From: Fistulifera solaris
Lineage: Eukaryota
Length of the DNA: 64,000 bases
Direction: 5' to 3'
Assembly (NCBI GenBank): GCA_030295235.1
Contig: AP026142.1
Location: forward strand, 558,001 to 622,000
The translations under genes and the position numbers were made by a program. This document shows, piece by piece, positions 12,043 through 24,335 of this stretch; the first letter of the stretch is position 1; each line of letters begins with the position of its first letter. The notes beneath the pieces are model-generated. The model made no database searches and was not told the DNA's origin. It was given only the letters and a program-made list of their open reading frames with translations.

Positions 12043-13503
12043 ATGAAGTTTGTGGTGACCTCGCTCGTTTTTTGGCTCGCCGCGTCGCCGTCGGCGACGG
12101 CTCAAGGTATTGACTGTGTCGCGACGTGTGCCGAAGATGTTTGCACCTTTACGGCCAAAGTCAACCTCTATGCGGGCGAGCTCGGGTACTTTACATTTGA
12201 GGAATGTGGCGACATTCGTAGTCCTACCTTAGGTATTGAGGTGGGAAAGACTTACCGCTTTGTTCAGGTAAGGGAGTGCTTGCCTGAGATGTTTCCATCT
12301 TTTCATTTTCTTTGTTGCTCATTTGACGGTATCTTGCGCAACTCCCTATCACAGGCCGACCGTACCAATTACTACCATCCATTGGGTTTCGCTTACTTCC
12401 CCGATGGTGCTCATGCGGACAAAGATGAACTGGAACCATCGATTGTTCCGCCAGGATCCAGCAGCACTTGTAACACGACAGAAACCTGCCCTGCACCCAA
12501 ATACTTCCAAGATGGAGTCTACTTGGGAGACTGGATGCACCAAGACAGCAGCATTGACTCCACGGGGGACTTTGGACTCGATCATTATGAGCCCAAATTC
12601 TTTTATCCCTTGGGTGACTGGTTGGGATTTGGTACCTTTGAAGTCCAGCTGACGTTTGATGTGGAAGACTTTGCTCAGGATTTGTTTTACTTCTGCCACG
12701 TAAGTTGACGGCGAGGATACTGAGAGTATTGTCGAAAGCTATTCTTTACTGGCTGACATTTTTTCTTTTGCATTATTTAGATTCACGAGTTCATGACGGG
12801 ACGTATCAAGTTAATGAATGAAGCTGGAGAACCATTGGTTGCGGAAAACGTTCCTGTTTTGGAGTACACGTATGATGAAGTTGACGCGTTCGATGAAACG
12901 TGCGGTACTTTTAATACTTCCAGCTACCGACTCCCTGATGGAGAGTTTGCAGGCCAGTGTCCCGAACGCTTTGTGTGCGAAACCGCAGAGTCGCGTTTTC
13001 TACAGAGTGATGGCAATGCGTCGAGCCCCTTACAAGCCTTCTCGACGTGCTTGGATGCAATGAATTGCGCCATGATGGTTGGAATGACTACGCACGCCAC
13101 GAGTCCTATTGGTTTGTTCATCCATCAAATGATCCCTCACCATCAAAACGCCGTCAATATGGCCAAGGCATTGTTGAAAACGGGAGGAATGGGAACTTGT
13201 GAGGATTTGACCAATGAAGAAGATCCAAACTGTATTATGGAGTACATGATGTATGAAATCATTAATAACCAAAATCATCAGATTCAAACTATGCGAGCCG
13301 TCTTGGAGACCTTGCAAGAGCCTGCCTACGCCGATTGTGTCGTTACCGCCGAACACGATCACGAAGAAGAAGGCACCGGAAGTGATGATGTAGTAGCCAA
13401 TGAGACGAGCACGAATGGTGAAAGCACTATATCATCGGGCGCATGGACTCTAGGCCATAATTTGTTCATCGTTCTAGTTGCAGCTTTGTGGATTTTGGAG
13501 TAA
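12043..13503 (+). CDS. ISIP3: Secreted, possibly GPI-anchored ISIP3-like protein (cupredoxin-like region plus DUF305 ferritin-like domain)
   Basis: Signal peptide; introns 12268-12354 and 12700-12780; DUF305 motif FIHQMIPHHQNAVNMAK...IINNQNHQIQTM; hydrophobic C-terminus. Confidence 0.72.
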
Positions 13504-13740
13504 AGGATTGTCAGATAAAGTGGTTGCCCATAAAACAAAAATATCGAAAGATTTCTAGAAAGGTCTTTATTGATCCCCACTTATTGATGATTGTTCGTAG
13601 GACTCATGCCCTTCATGCGTGTTTCGCCACAACCAATGAATGCAATATTTTTAATAGAGGATAAGAACGTTTCTTTCGTACAAGCTTTGCTGGGGCTTGC
13701 CGTTTATGCGTACCGCCTTTTCCTTGTCGCTTCATTAACA

Positions 13741-15737
13741 TCATTTCTCTGGAAGCTTGATCTTTCCCAACATGTTTAAGTGGTCACCGACAGAAACCAA
13801 AGTGTTCGCCGTAATTGCTCCTGAGGCAGCGGTGGCCGGAACGCCGATACTAGGGAAAGTGTAATCTCCGCACATGTAAAAGCCATTCAACGGTGTCTTG
13901 TGTCCGGGCAAAGTCTGACCGAGGCCGACATCAACACGTGGCCCATAACTCCCCTTGCTTCTCCTTAAAAATCGCTCGTGTGTCAAGGGAGTTCCTATTT
14001 GCAAAGTCCCAGGAACTAGTCTTTCTCTTGCATTTGGCACATACTCTTCAAAGCAACTCCAGAGAAAGTCTGCGGCTTCTTCTTTTTTCTTTCGATACTC
14101 CTCGGAATTTCTATCCATGTTCTCCCACCATTCATCTGCAAAACGTTGTTAGCATACATCCAAAATGAATCTTTGGAACAACACTAAATCTACTTACATG
14201 GCTCTGTTGCCGGTGTGTAACAGTGTATCTGTGGAAATGTCAAACCTTGTACTGAGGGCCGGCGATGATTTAGACAAAAGTACTACTCATCAACTTACCA
14301 CATGTTTGCCTTCGGGTGCCATGCTAGGATCTATTAAGGAAGGCATGCTGCACAATACGATATTGCGAGGAGCTTCCACTCCTCCCGGCAAGTTCCAATC
14401 TCGAATCACAGCCCATTGTGCTGGGAAATCGGCGCTCGCTTCGGTCGGCAGACCGGTTGCGTCAATACCCGCATGAAGATGAATAAAAGACCTTAGATCT
14501 TTCACTCCTCCTTCTTCCGGGTCTGTGCTGATCATTTTGTCCATGTGTGCTATCATCTCATTTGAAAGTGCGCTACTTTTCCTTGCTGATGACAATAGCT
14601 GATTGGTGACGTACGGATCGGCATTCGACACAACGGCTTCTTTCGCCCTTACAACTTTCCCACTTTTTAACTTTACTCCGACAGCCTTTCCATTTTCTAC
14701 CAGAATCTCGTCCACGTGACTATTCAAACACACCTTGGAAAGAGGGTGTTTACGAACGGCTCGGACGAGCGCATCGACAATAGCCCCCGAACCTCCTTTC
14801 GGATAATCCAATGTCACCCCCGGACGATACCAATCGGCTAACATGTACGACATGACTGTGTTGAGAGTACCTCGTGCGGGAAGACCTTGTAAGAGAAAGC
14901 AAAGCATATCGAGCCAATTACGAACGAATTCATCCTTGATTTGCATCTCATCCATGATGTTACCGAATGGTTCTGTCAGCTTGGATCCTTGTGAAAATGT
15001 CATTAGCAGCTCTTTGGGATATTTCAGAAGCGTCAATACTACCGCCAAATCTTCTCGTAACGCCATGGAAGTCAATGCCTGTGAAGCATCCGACAGGGGT
15101 TTCATTCGTTCCATTAACGCGGCAAACTCAGCTTGTGCCTGCGGACCTCCGTACTTTTGCAAAACATCTCCAAATTCTTCCGGACCAATTTTCGCGGCGA
15201 ATTTTTCTCCACTCGGTAAGACAGTCCCCCAACGATCGTACGTGATCCATTCACAATCTTCTCCGACAATTTGGAATATGTTTTTGAGCGGATTGGGGGA
15301 TCGTTCGGAACTAAATCCCGAATAGAGGGACGGTCCGCTTTCAAAATGAAAGCCACGTCGTTCCCATGTGTGAGCGCATCCACCAGGTGCATCGTGTGAC
15401 TCCAGAATCACCACTTTATTTGACAAAAGAGCAGAATGAATCAGAGAGAGAAAATGGAACCGACAGAGCATATAAGGGTATTGCATCATTCATCATTATT
15501 CCTGAAGCACCGTGCTTCAATTTATATCTTACCATTTTTCTTGCAATGCGATAAAAGAGCCCCACACGAAAGACCTGCCAAGCCTGAACCTATGATAACG
15601 ACATCGGCCTCGAAGGGAACTTCATCACTTTTCACCGTTGCCGATAAGTGCGATGATCTGCCGACCAATTGGGTAGGGCCAAAGGCACTCGCACCGGACG
15701 CCATGAAGCAAAGACAAAGTGCAGAACACAAGTTCAT
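13741..15737 (-). CDS. Plastid carotenoid isomerase-like (CRTISO/CrtH family) FAD oxidoreductase, 4 exons
   Basis: ASGASAFGP presequence; VIIGSGLAGL; FESGPSLYSG; YPKGGSGAIVDAL; CGDYTFPSIGVPA. Introns 15532-15414, 14298-14229 and 14197-14136. Confidence 0.88.
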
Positions 15738-16062
15738 GATTTTTTCCTTTTGCAGATGCACCTTCTATCTCCCAGCTGCTTACAAAGATGTCAATGGATT
15801 GATTCTCCCTGCGTATAAGTCATCGTCATCGTATCGTCATGGCTTTTATTAATTTTATTTTTGCGCGCGGAACGAATGAGGTGGTAAAATATCGATCCGG
15901 TATTCAAAGGAATTATTTGGAGTACCGTTTCCTGTGGGATCGGTACTCATCCGTTGATGCCAAATTTTCCTCACATTTTGCGACCGTTGAAAAAGAAGGT
16001 GCTCCGCCCCGAACAACAAACAAACCACTCAACAATTCTGCCATCTCTCACCTTTCTTGACC

Positions 16063-18126
16063 ATGAAGTCTTGGCTTTTGCAGCAATGGAGCCGATTGTG
16101 GTCGTTGCTACCCAGTAGCAAGGCGTCCATTTTGTTGGCCTGTGTGGTGACGTGGGCATTGAGCATCACTTCCGTCTCACGATGTACATTTGTTCGGCAA
16201 CAATCACTTTCGGACGAAACTCCTCCTATTGAATTGGGAATGTTCTCGAAAGCGGTCTACGATGACCGCGGTAGCCTTTTAGGATGTGTGTCTTACACGG
16301 ACACCCATTTTGATGCCATGTTTCAAGTGGCACGAATCGCCGGTGTCATCTCCTCCATCTGCAGTACGATGGTGCTGTTTGGTGTGTCGGCGGCAATTCT
16401 CTTTTGTCCTCGTGCTTGCAACAGCCTCTGGTCCTGGTCTCGTTTTCTTTTGGCCACGGGCACGGTGGCACAGCTCTTCACTTTTTCGATTATGAATAGC
16501 ACACCATGTCAGGATGGAGAAACATCCTGTCAACTACATGGTGTCGGAAAGTTAGCCATCTTCAATGTTCTGTTACTAGCAGGACTGGCAGTCGCGTTGT
16601 TTTGGGAGAATCGACCGTTTCATCCTGCACTGTACTTACGGGCTGACGCACTCGAAACGGATACCATTTTGAGTGATCGGACTCCACGGACGGATACTCA
16701 TACAAAAACAAATGGTGCTCCACACACACATCCCAATCGCAGTACAGAAGATATGCAAGAGACGGGTCAAGTCCAGCATGCCACACTACAAGGACAAATG
16801 GAAGCTTATGGCTTTGTAGACCCGTCGAGCAGTGTCGCCGAGAATGAGTTGAGCATTCAGCATTTGAGAAGCTTTCGGTTCCTTACCATGCTTCTCGTTA
16901 CAATTGCTTGGATTGTATCGATTGTGGGGACCAGTCGCTGCACGCTCTTGCTGGTAGGACCCAAAGATGGTACTCGCGCGGATTATGCCGGACTCGGGCT
17001 TTTCAGCCGTGCAGCCTACGACGACTCCAATCTCATCGGTTGTCTGGCCTATCCAAAATACGCCACCAACGATTTTGATGCAGCCTTCCAGGCCAGTAGA
17101 GTGTTTGGAGCGATTGCGGCATTTCTGTTGTCCGCAATCTTCCTTTTGTGCAGTACGCTGCTCTTCTTCCAACGAGCAAAAGACGAGATCTGGATTATCA
17201 TGAGGATTCTAATGCCCTGTGCAACAATATCGCAACTTCTGGTGTTTGTGGCGTTCAAGACCAAGACCTGTTCCGCTTCTGATCTGGTAGAATGTCGTCC
17301 TGGGCCCTCTGCGATTGTTGTTATCCTGAACGTTTTTCTCCTTGTCGTGCTTTCGGTCGGGTTTTTCATTTTTCCGCCACCACCTGGACCAATTTTTCGT
17401 TTTCATAATGATCAAAGTGATACATCTACAATGGCATCTCGTCCGAATCGACAGTATGGACAAATTGCAGTGAGCACACCAGAAAGGCCACTGGATGGAA
17501 AACGGAACCATACGAGAAGAGTAGTTGCAGTTCGACCTCCCGGATCTCCCATATCGGCTACGTCACTAGACCTTCCCAGTCTGGAGCACTCGCCTTGTCC
17601 AGATCGGTCATTTCATGATACTTCAAACTTGAGTGAGAATCCGCCAAAGCGAGTCCGCATTGCCTCTGAACCTGCAGAAACAATCATGGTGCAAGTGGAG
17701 TATACGGAAAAGGAAAAGCGTACCACCAAGACTGTCACTCATCCAGATGGATCGAAAACGATAACCACAACTATCGAGCGATATCAAGACCCACAAAGTA
17801 AGAAGATCAAGAAGAAAAGTAAGCCGTTACCACAAGTTAAGAAATCGGTCCCGGCTCGAACACAAAAACCAGTCATTCCAGCACAAAATGTAAGGTCAAA
17901 GACGGAAGAGGCGTCCAGGACGAAATCGTTCGAACCGAAGCCACCTGATGCGACGACAAGCCCAGACACAGCAACGAAACCGTTGGAATCTTCCGGTGAC
18001 GGACCTCAGGTGCCTGAATTTTTCCTCAAACTAGGTTCTCTGAAGAAAACCAACTGTCTTTCTGCAAAGGAAATGGCCGAACAGGCAAAACAAGAAAGCG
18101 CTGAAATCGAAAAAGTCGTAAGTTGA
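16063..18126 (+). CDS. Multi-pass membrane protein with two tandem claudin/PMP22-like 4-TM modules and a disordered tail
   Basis: Internal repeat SRCTFV..LGMFSKAVYDD..LLGCVSY..FDAMFQVAR versus SRCTLL..LGLFSRAAYDD..LIGCLAY..FDAAFQASR. Confidence 0.65.
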   Translation: MKSWLLQQWSRLWSLLPSSKASILLACVVTWALSITSVSRCTFVRQQSLSDETPPIELGMFSKAVYDDRGSLLGCVSYTDTHFDAMFQVARIAGVISSICSTMVLFGVSAAILFCPRACNSLWSWSRFLLATGTVAQLFTFSIMNSTPCQDGETSCQLHGVGKLAIFNVLLLAGLAVALFWENRPFHPALYLRADALETDTILSDRTPRTDTHTKTNGAPHTHPNRSTEDMQETGQVQHATLQGQMEAYGFVDPSSSVAENELSIQHLRSFRFLTMLLVTIAWIVSIVGTSRCTLLLVGPKDGTRADYAGLGLFSRAAYDDSNLIGCLAYPKYATNDFDAAFQASRVFGAIAAFLLSAIFLLCSTLLFFQRAKDEIWIIMRILMPCATISQLLVFVAFKTKTCSASDLVECRPGPSAIVVILNVFLLVVLSVGFFIFPPPPGPIFRFHNDQSDTSTMASRPNRQYGQIAVSTPERPLDGKRNHTRRVVAVRPPGSPISATSLDLPSLEHSPCPDRSFHDTSNLSENPPKRVRIASEPAETIMVQVEYTEKEKRTTKTVTHPDGSKTITTTIERYQDPQSKKIKKKSKPLPQVKKSVPARTQKPVIPAQNVRSKTEEASRTKSFEPKPPDATTSPDTATKPLESSGDGPQVPEFFLKLGSLKKTNCLSAKEMAEQAKQESAEIEKVVS

Positions 18127-18480
18127 TCGAATTCAGATCAATTGAGTGTGATGTTTATCGTATTCGAAACTAATCGATCTGGTTCGCTATTCACAGGAGA
18201 CGCCAAGGCCTGTCGTACCAAAGGCTTTCTTTGAGCCAAATGATTCTACGTCTATGGCAAACCACTCTGACGAGAAAGAACCATCAGCCGAACCAATAAC
18301 ACCCGGTGTAAAGAATCTTCGAGAAATGTTTGAAAAGAGTGCAAAATAGCCGACGAAACGTATATTAGTGCATATATTTTTATAACTATTACAGTATTGT
18401 CGGCAAAAGGCTTTGAGTTAACCGAAAAGAGTCTGTGCAAAGTGATTGAATCGCAACGCTAAAGCGAGTCGCGATGAAAC

Positions 18481-19711
18481 TTAATCTTCTTTGAGATGTA
18501 AGTATTTCGGATCAGCCAATTTTCGTGGCTTGTAAAACAGTTTAAAGCCGAAAAAGAGTCCAGCCACGATGAAAAAGTATCCCGGTCCCAAAAAGACGGT
18601 AGCAAATGTGCTATTTCGTCCACCAAATATAGATGTAGTACCCACAATGAGAGTCTTCGAGCCCCGAAACCTTTGCACAACGTAATTGTTGTTGATTTGA
18701 AAGGTTATTTTTTCACCGGCGGCGATCGGCTGATCAATCCATCCATACAATTTTCGAAAATCGGGATTCACAGCAATCCGCATCCAAACTACAAAATGTT
18801 CGTTTTGAACATGCTCCAGAGGACTTACGATCTTGGGGTAGGTTTCATACAAGTACTGAACCGTATCTTCATCGGGATAGAAGTAGCGATAACAAAGGCC
18901 GTCTTTTTATCCACCACCGGCTCTTGACACGACCAATCCTCACCTTCGCAACATGCTGGTGTGCATCCGATATCGTCGGGGCATTCCTCTTTCTTAAAAC
19001 CACGCGCGGGCTGAAATTTGTACTCGAGATCCGTTCCCCACGCGATTCCTTCTTCGATCATTTGCAGATCCGCCCCGGACGCATCTTTGCCTTCGACTAA
19101 CGTGATGATATCATTGAACATGGTGTTGGCCGTCAATCCGCAGGGATTCAAAGAAATGTCGCCCAATTTGTGCAGCGGACTGCAAAGAGATCATCACCCG
19201 CGGTGGTCTCCCCCCGCAACTGATACTCATCGCGATTTGTATAATAGCTGCGGTGATTCTGATAAAAATTACTGAGTTCGTAATGAATAAAGATCGGCGG
19301 ATTCATATCCCGGGGTGCGGTCAGCGTAATATTGCAATTGTGGTCGGCATTGTACGTATTGTTGATGCCACATTGCCGGACAATCGGATCGTCGTCATGA
19401 CCGTACGCGTCATAAGTGACTTTCATTTCCACGACATCTTTTTGAATGGAATCAATCTTGTAGCCTTTCAAGAAAGAACCAGCGCAAGGTCAGAATAAGT
19501 TTTTCAGACATTTCCGGGTCAAATTACACATACCGACGGGTATCATAATAATACCAAGATAAATTAATGCGATACTGACCCATTTCGGGTCCAAAATGGG
19601 TGACCATGCTTCAATTCTCTGCTGGTTGAAGGCATTATCTACCGGCCGATTGAGCTGCTCCGACGGATCTAAAACAGACTCGTTCTCGTCGTCGTGGTCG
19701 CTTCCTGCCAT
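18481..19711 (-). CDS. CDC50: CDC50/LEM3 (ALIS) flippase beta-subunit, frameshifted, one intron
   Basis: AFNQQRIEAWSPIL, IHYELSNFYQNHRSY, LNPCGLTANTMFND, NEHFVVWMRIA..FRKLYG and GGRN motifs across ORFs 19490.., 19148.., 18825.. and 18481.. Confidence 0.9.
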
Positions 19712-19828
19712 TCTTCTTAGCTTATTAAAAATTAAACTGCCAAGATAATACACAATCAAAGAGATGTAATTGATTATAACGGAGTCTTTGTTATTTGCGT
19801 TTGTTTGCTTGCGGTCGTCGTGTTGTGC

Positions 19829-19829
19829 G

Positions 19830-19879
<50 letters not shown>

Positions 19880-19880
19880 G
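19829..19880. repeat. (GTT)n microsatellite, intergenic or 5' UTR
   Basis: Uninterrupted GTT run. Confidence 0.95.
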
Positions 19881-20262
19881 CATGCGGCATGTGGTCGTTT
19901 TTGCCAATTTGCCAGGCAGTACCGGTCGGGCAGTCTTCTGCAAGAACGGCCAGGAAGCTCTGCACCGAGTATCAAGCAAAGAGAAGATTTTGACTATAAG
20001 AGTGCGATGTCCTGGTGTGGGTACACACCATTGAACCTACCATCCGCTGAAAATGTTCGTTGAGGATAATGTAGGGGATCTGTTTTTACATATGCAATAC
20101 GATCTAAGTATATTTAAATGAGCGAGGCGGCGTGATGGAGGCATGTTTCTGCTCTTTGCCTTTCACAAAATTAATACGGAGTAAATAGAAAAACGCCCAA
20201 GCTTGCGAAACTTCCTATCCGTCCAAACACACTCCAAAGACGTGTGAGATCCAAATTCAAAA

Positions 20263-20550
20263 ATGAAGTCCATGTCCATTCTGGTGCCGGGGATGCTGAT
20301 CAGCTGTGCGCAAGGCGAGCAATATCTCCGTGCTTTACCAGGGGCCGAAGATTACTTTGACATGAATCGATTTTCCTCCACTGAATTAGGTTTTGCTGCG
20401 GGAGTTTCCGCGACGATTCTTTTCCTAATTATCTTTATTTGCTGCTGTTGCTGCGGTAGATGGAGTTTGTGGGATATCGTGGCATTAGTCTGTATATGGG
20501 ACCTGTGTTGTGATCGAAGGGGTGTCGATCCAGGATTTTTGGCATTGTAA
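20263..20550 (+). CDS. Small single-pass membrane protein with juxtamembrane poly-Cys
   Basis: Signal-like N-terminus, TM segment, CCCCC, then WSLWDIVALVCIWDLCCD. Confidence 0.6.
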   Translation: MKSMSILVPGMLISCAQGEQYLRALPGAEDYFDMNRFSSTELGFAAGVSATILFLIIFICCCCCGRWSLWDIVALVCIWDLCCDRRGVDPGFLAL

Positions 20551-20961
20551 TACGACATGTATGGTGATGAACCCCATGGCGTATCTACTGCACATATTAT
20601 TCAATAAATGCTGAATATACATGCATATAAACCGAATGATCTTCAGAAAAGTGTCACCTGGTACATGTAAAGCAAACAGCGTTCCGTATCGCGGTTCTAG
20701 GATCATAGTCTTTAGGAGTGTTCGAATGTTTTCTTTCCACCAATAAAGAGAAAGTGAAAAACGAAATCATTGCGATAGAAGTGTCTTTGCAGACATCGCA
20801 AACATCGGGTTCCTAGAATTGAGGCTGTTCGATTCTCGAAGACGACCTTTGAGAGAAGTATCTCCTTTTAAAAACTACTAGTGAACACAAGCTAATCATT
20901 CCTCAAGTATTAGCACCGTTTCCGCGATCATGCGATTCCGCCAGCTTTTTAAATTAATCCT

Positions 20962-21578
20962 CTATGCAGGTAATTCATTGTGATCGTCCTCGCAAAACCC
21001 GCCATCTTTAGTAAGACCAGGCCAATTGACTTCACAGAATTCGACCCAACTTTGCTGGGCAGCATCGTCGCAATCATATTGTTCTTTCGAAGCTACATGA
21101 ACCGTTTTGTTCGGATTTTCGCGGCAGTATACGGCACTGCGACCCCATTGATCTTCCATAAAACTTTTGTTGTGATGGCCACTCCATAAACAAATGGGCT
21201 TTTCGGCAATCACCGTACTCGACTGTAGCTCACTGAGTGTGTGCAATACACGACCACAGGAAGCTCCGCACCAGCCATCTTTTGAATTGGCCAGTTCACA
21301 ACCAAGCCACAGACACGAAACTCTTGTACAACAGTCGACAGTTCGTCGAGTACTTGCGTGCGCAGTCGTTTGCGATTATTGACCAACTTGTGCTCCAAAC
21401 GTATCGACGGAATGGATTCCGGTGACTCCCCCAAAGAAGGATGCGAGGCTAAGGTAAGGTCAATTTGTTGCTTGCGTATAGTTACATTGAGAACGCTCCC
21501 TGAAGCTTTATGCCAGTCGAGTGCTTGAGCGATACGCTTGGGTGACTTGAGCAGATGAGTGATGGAGGACATGGACAT
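20962..21578 (-). CDS. YqgF/RuvX (RNase H-fold)-like protein, frameshifted
   Basis: Restoring one base in the T-run at 21280-21283 gives VCGLVVNWPIQKDGWCGASCGRVLHTL joined to ORF 20962..21246. Confidence 0.5.
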
Positions 21579-22269
21579 GGCTTCTCGCTTTCTTTTGGAT
21601 TCGTTTCCATTCGATAATCATTTACGTCCTATTTTTTGAACAGCTTTCTAGCTTCAGCTAAACAAAATGCCTGAAGACCAAGAAAGATCTTGTTCTCGTA
21701 GGTTTTTGTGATGGTATCTGTCTTGTGTCTTTTCGTTGTCGCCAGATTCGGTTGTGCGAGAAGAAAGAATTCAAAGGAGGAAAAGGTGCGGCGTTTCGGA
21801 ACGCGATCGAATATCGAAATGTAGGAGGAAGTTAAAAGGCTCTCAAAGTGTATCAGGAGCGGTACAAGTACCGGTACTCGTGTTCGGTAGCCATCCTACT
21901 GTTTTGCATCGATCTTTCAAGAATTCCATATACTAATATTTTTTATTCCTAATTTCCTAACGTCAGAATGTAATCTTGACATTCGACTCACAATTCTCCA
22001 TTTTTCAAGAAGGTTTTTGGTGGTGCCGGAGTATTTTTCGATCGCTGAAACGTCAAGAAGTCATAGCAGCTAGGTATCCGTGATTCAAACCCCACCGGTC
22101 ACAAAGTAGAACGTCACAGCGGATTGTGCATGGCACATGATCATTGATGAATGAAAAGCATAAATGGAACTGGATTTCAAGATACACACGTATCGGACAA
22201 GCCCAAAGATTTATTCAAATGATTCTACAGTAGTTGTCCGCATCGAATCTCTAGACCAAACATGTGTGT

Positions 22270-23976
22270 CTATCCCAACCACTCTTGGAAGAAGTCCTCC
22301 CCCTTATCATCAACCACAATGAACGCAGGGAAGTTCTCAACGTCAATCTTCCATACAGCCTCCATTCCATCCTCTTCATTGTCGAGCACTTCCACTTTTT
22401 TGATACAATTCTTAGCCAAGATTGCCGCCGGGCCTCCAATCGATCCTAAATAAAACCCTCCATACTTCTTACACGCATGGGTAACAGCCTTGGATCTATT
22501 ACCTTTCGCCAGTGTAATGAAGGAGCCTCCTGCTTCCATAAAGCGATCTACGTAGGCATCCATACGGCCCGCAGTGGTGGGGCCAAAACTACCGCTCGCA
22601 TAGCCCTCGGGTGTCTTGGCAGGACCGGCATAGTATATGATGTGATTCTTGGCGTAATCGGGAAGTCCTTCTCCGCTCTCAATACGTTGCAACAACTTGG
22701 CGTGAGCAATGTCACGGGCCACGACAATGGTGCCGGTCAATGACAATCGCGTCCGAATAGGGTACTGCGATAGCTTTTGTCGAAGCTCTGTCATGCTGAG
22801 TTCATTCATATTGATGCGAACGACATCGTCCGAAAGATGCTTGTCCGTCACGTCGGGTAAGTACTTTGCAACATCCCGCTCTAGGCGCTCGATGAAAACC
22901 CCATCCTTGTTGATTTTCCCTAGCACTTGTCGATCGGCCGAACAACTCACACCAATACCCACGGGACAGGACGCACCATGACGCGGCAAGCGAATCACTC
23001 GAACGTCGTGGCAGAAATACTTGCCGCCAAATTGTGCTCCAATCCCCAAATTTCGAGTCATATCCAGAATATATTGCTCCCATTTGGTGTCACGAAAGGC
23101 TCGTCCTGTGGCATCACCCGATGTGGGCAAGTCGTCGAAATACTTTGTGCTGGCCAACTTGACTGTCTTTAGCGTCAATTCAGCACTTAAGCCGCCAATC
23201 ACAATCGCAAGATGATAGGGAGGGCACGCGCTCGTTCCGATTGTCTTAATCTTTTCCTGAAGAAACGTCTCCAGACTCCCGGAATTCAACAAAGCTTTAG
23301 TTTGTTGATGTAAGAACGTCTTGTTCGCGGATCCACCTCCCTTGGCAATGAATTGAAATTTGTACTGCTCTCCTTTATCGGCAAACAAGTCAATCTGCGC
23401 TGGCATATTGTTCCCTGTATTCTTCTCGGAGAACATATCCAATGGTGCAACTTGACTGTAGCGCAAATTCAATTCTTGATACGCATCAAACGCTCCAGCC
23501 GCCAAATAGGCCTCGTCATCGCCATCGGTCAAGACACGATGTCCCTTCTTTCCCATCACGATGGCCGTCCCTGTATCTTGACAACCCGGTAAAATCCGTC
23601 CCGCCGCAATATTCGCATTTTTGAGCAACTCTAACGCCACAAAGTGATCATTGTCGGAAGCCTCCGGATCATCTAAAATGTTGCGCAATTGCTGCAAATG
23701 CGCCGGTCGCAACAAATGGGCAATGTCCCCGAACGCGGTGCGTGACAATTTCGTGAGCGCACTACCGTCGACTCGCAGCAATTGCTCGCCTGAGGGCAAC
23801 GTCACAGTTTCAATGCCCGCTTCTTGTGCCGATAGAATCATGTCAAAAGGAACATCCTTCGATTGATGTATGTTGGCTTGAAAGAGGGGTGAATGCTGAT
23901 AGGACAAGGTCGAAAATAGTCGAAGCGTGCAAGTGCGCTGCGAGAATGGTGCTCGGCGAAGGAACATCATTGTCAT
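22270..23976 (-). CDS. fumA: Class I (Fe-S) fumarate hydratase, probably mitochondrial
   Basis: [45 protein letters not shown] and GPTTAGRMD; Arg-rich presequence [12 protein letters not shown]. Confidence 0.95.
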   Translation of the reverse strand: MTMMFLRRAPFSQRTCTLRLFSTLSYQHSPLFQANIHQSKDVPFDMILSAQEAGIETVTLPSGEQLLRVDGSALTKLSRTAFGDIAHLLRPAHLQQLRNILDDPEASDNDHFVALELLKNANIAAGRILPGCQDTGTAIVMGKKGHRVLTDGDDEAYLAAGAFDAYQELNLRYSQVAPLDMFSEKNTGNNMPAQIDLFADKGEQYKFQFIAKGGGSANKTFLHQQTKALLNSGSLETFLQEKIKTIGTSACPPYHLAIVIGGLSAELTLKTVKLASTKYFDDLPTSGDATGRAFRDTKWEQYILDMTRNLGIGAQFGGKYFCHDVRVIRLPRHGASCPVGIGVSCSADRQVLGKINKDGVFIERLERDVAKYLPDVTDKHLSDDVVRINMNELSMTELRQKLSQYPIRTRLSLTGTIVVARDIAHAKLLQRIESGEGLPDYAKNHIIYYAGPAKTPEGYASGSFGPTTAGRMDAYVDRFMEAGGSFITLAKGNRSKAVTHACKKYGGFYLGSIGGPAAILAKNCIKKVEVLDNEEDGMEAVWKIDVENFPAFIVVDDKGEDFFQEWLG

Positions 23977-24335
23977 AATTAAATTAGTGATGGTAAAAGT
24001 TGTTGAAGAACTATCATAAAGGTTCACCAAATGAAGCTTCAAACAAAATGAAGAAAAATAATCTTCTCCTTCCGTGTGTTTGGTTTGTTTGAGATGCCGA
24101 GTGAAAGTACTTTGTATGGAAGGCTTTTGCCATCAGTGCAGACTACACAAATTTGTATAGGACAAAGGTGACGACCTTCGTCATAGTCCACTGAGGTTAA
24201 CGTTCATTGCTTTTACACAATTTCAGGAATTATAACCTTACCGTAGTATTTTATTTTATCTTGGCTTCCATCTCGCATTGATTGGCAATGAGAGAGCGAA
24301 TGAACAGAAAAGTGTATCTATTTACAGAAAAGAAG

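Noticed and set aside
19770..20063. Poly-Cys, poly-Leu, poly-Val and poly-Gln ORFs
   Set aside because: Translations of the (GTT)n microsatellite
22018..22103. tRNA-like sequence (..gattcaaaccccaccggtcaca)
   Set aside because: Only a loose T-arm/B-box resemblance; I could not fold a cloverleaf or identify an anticodon arm
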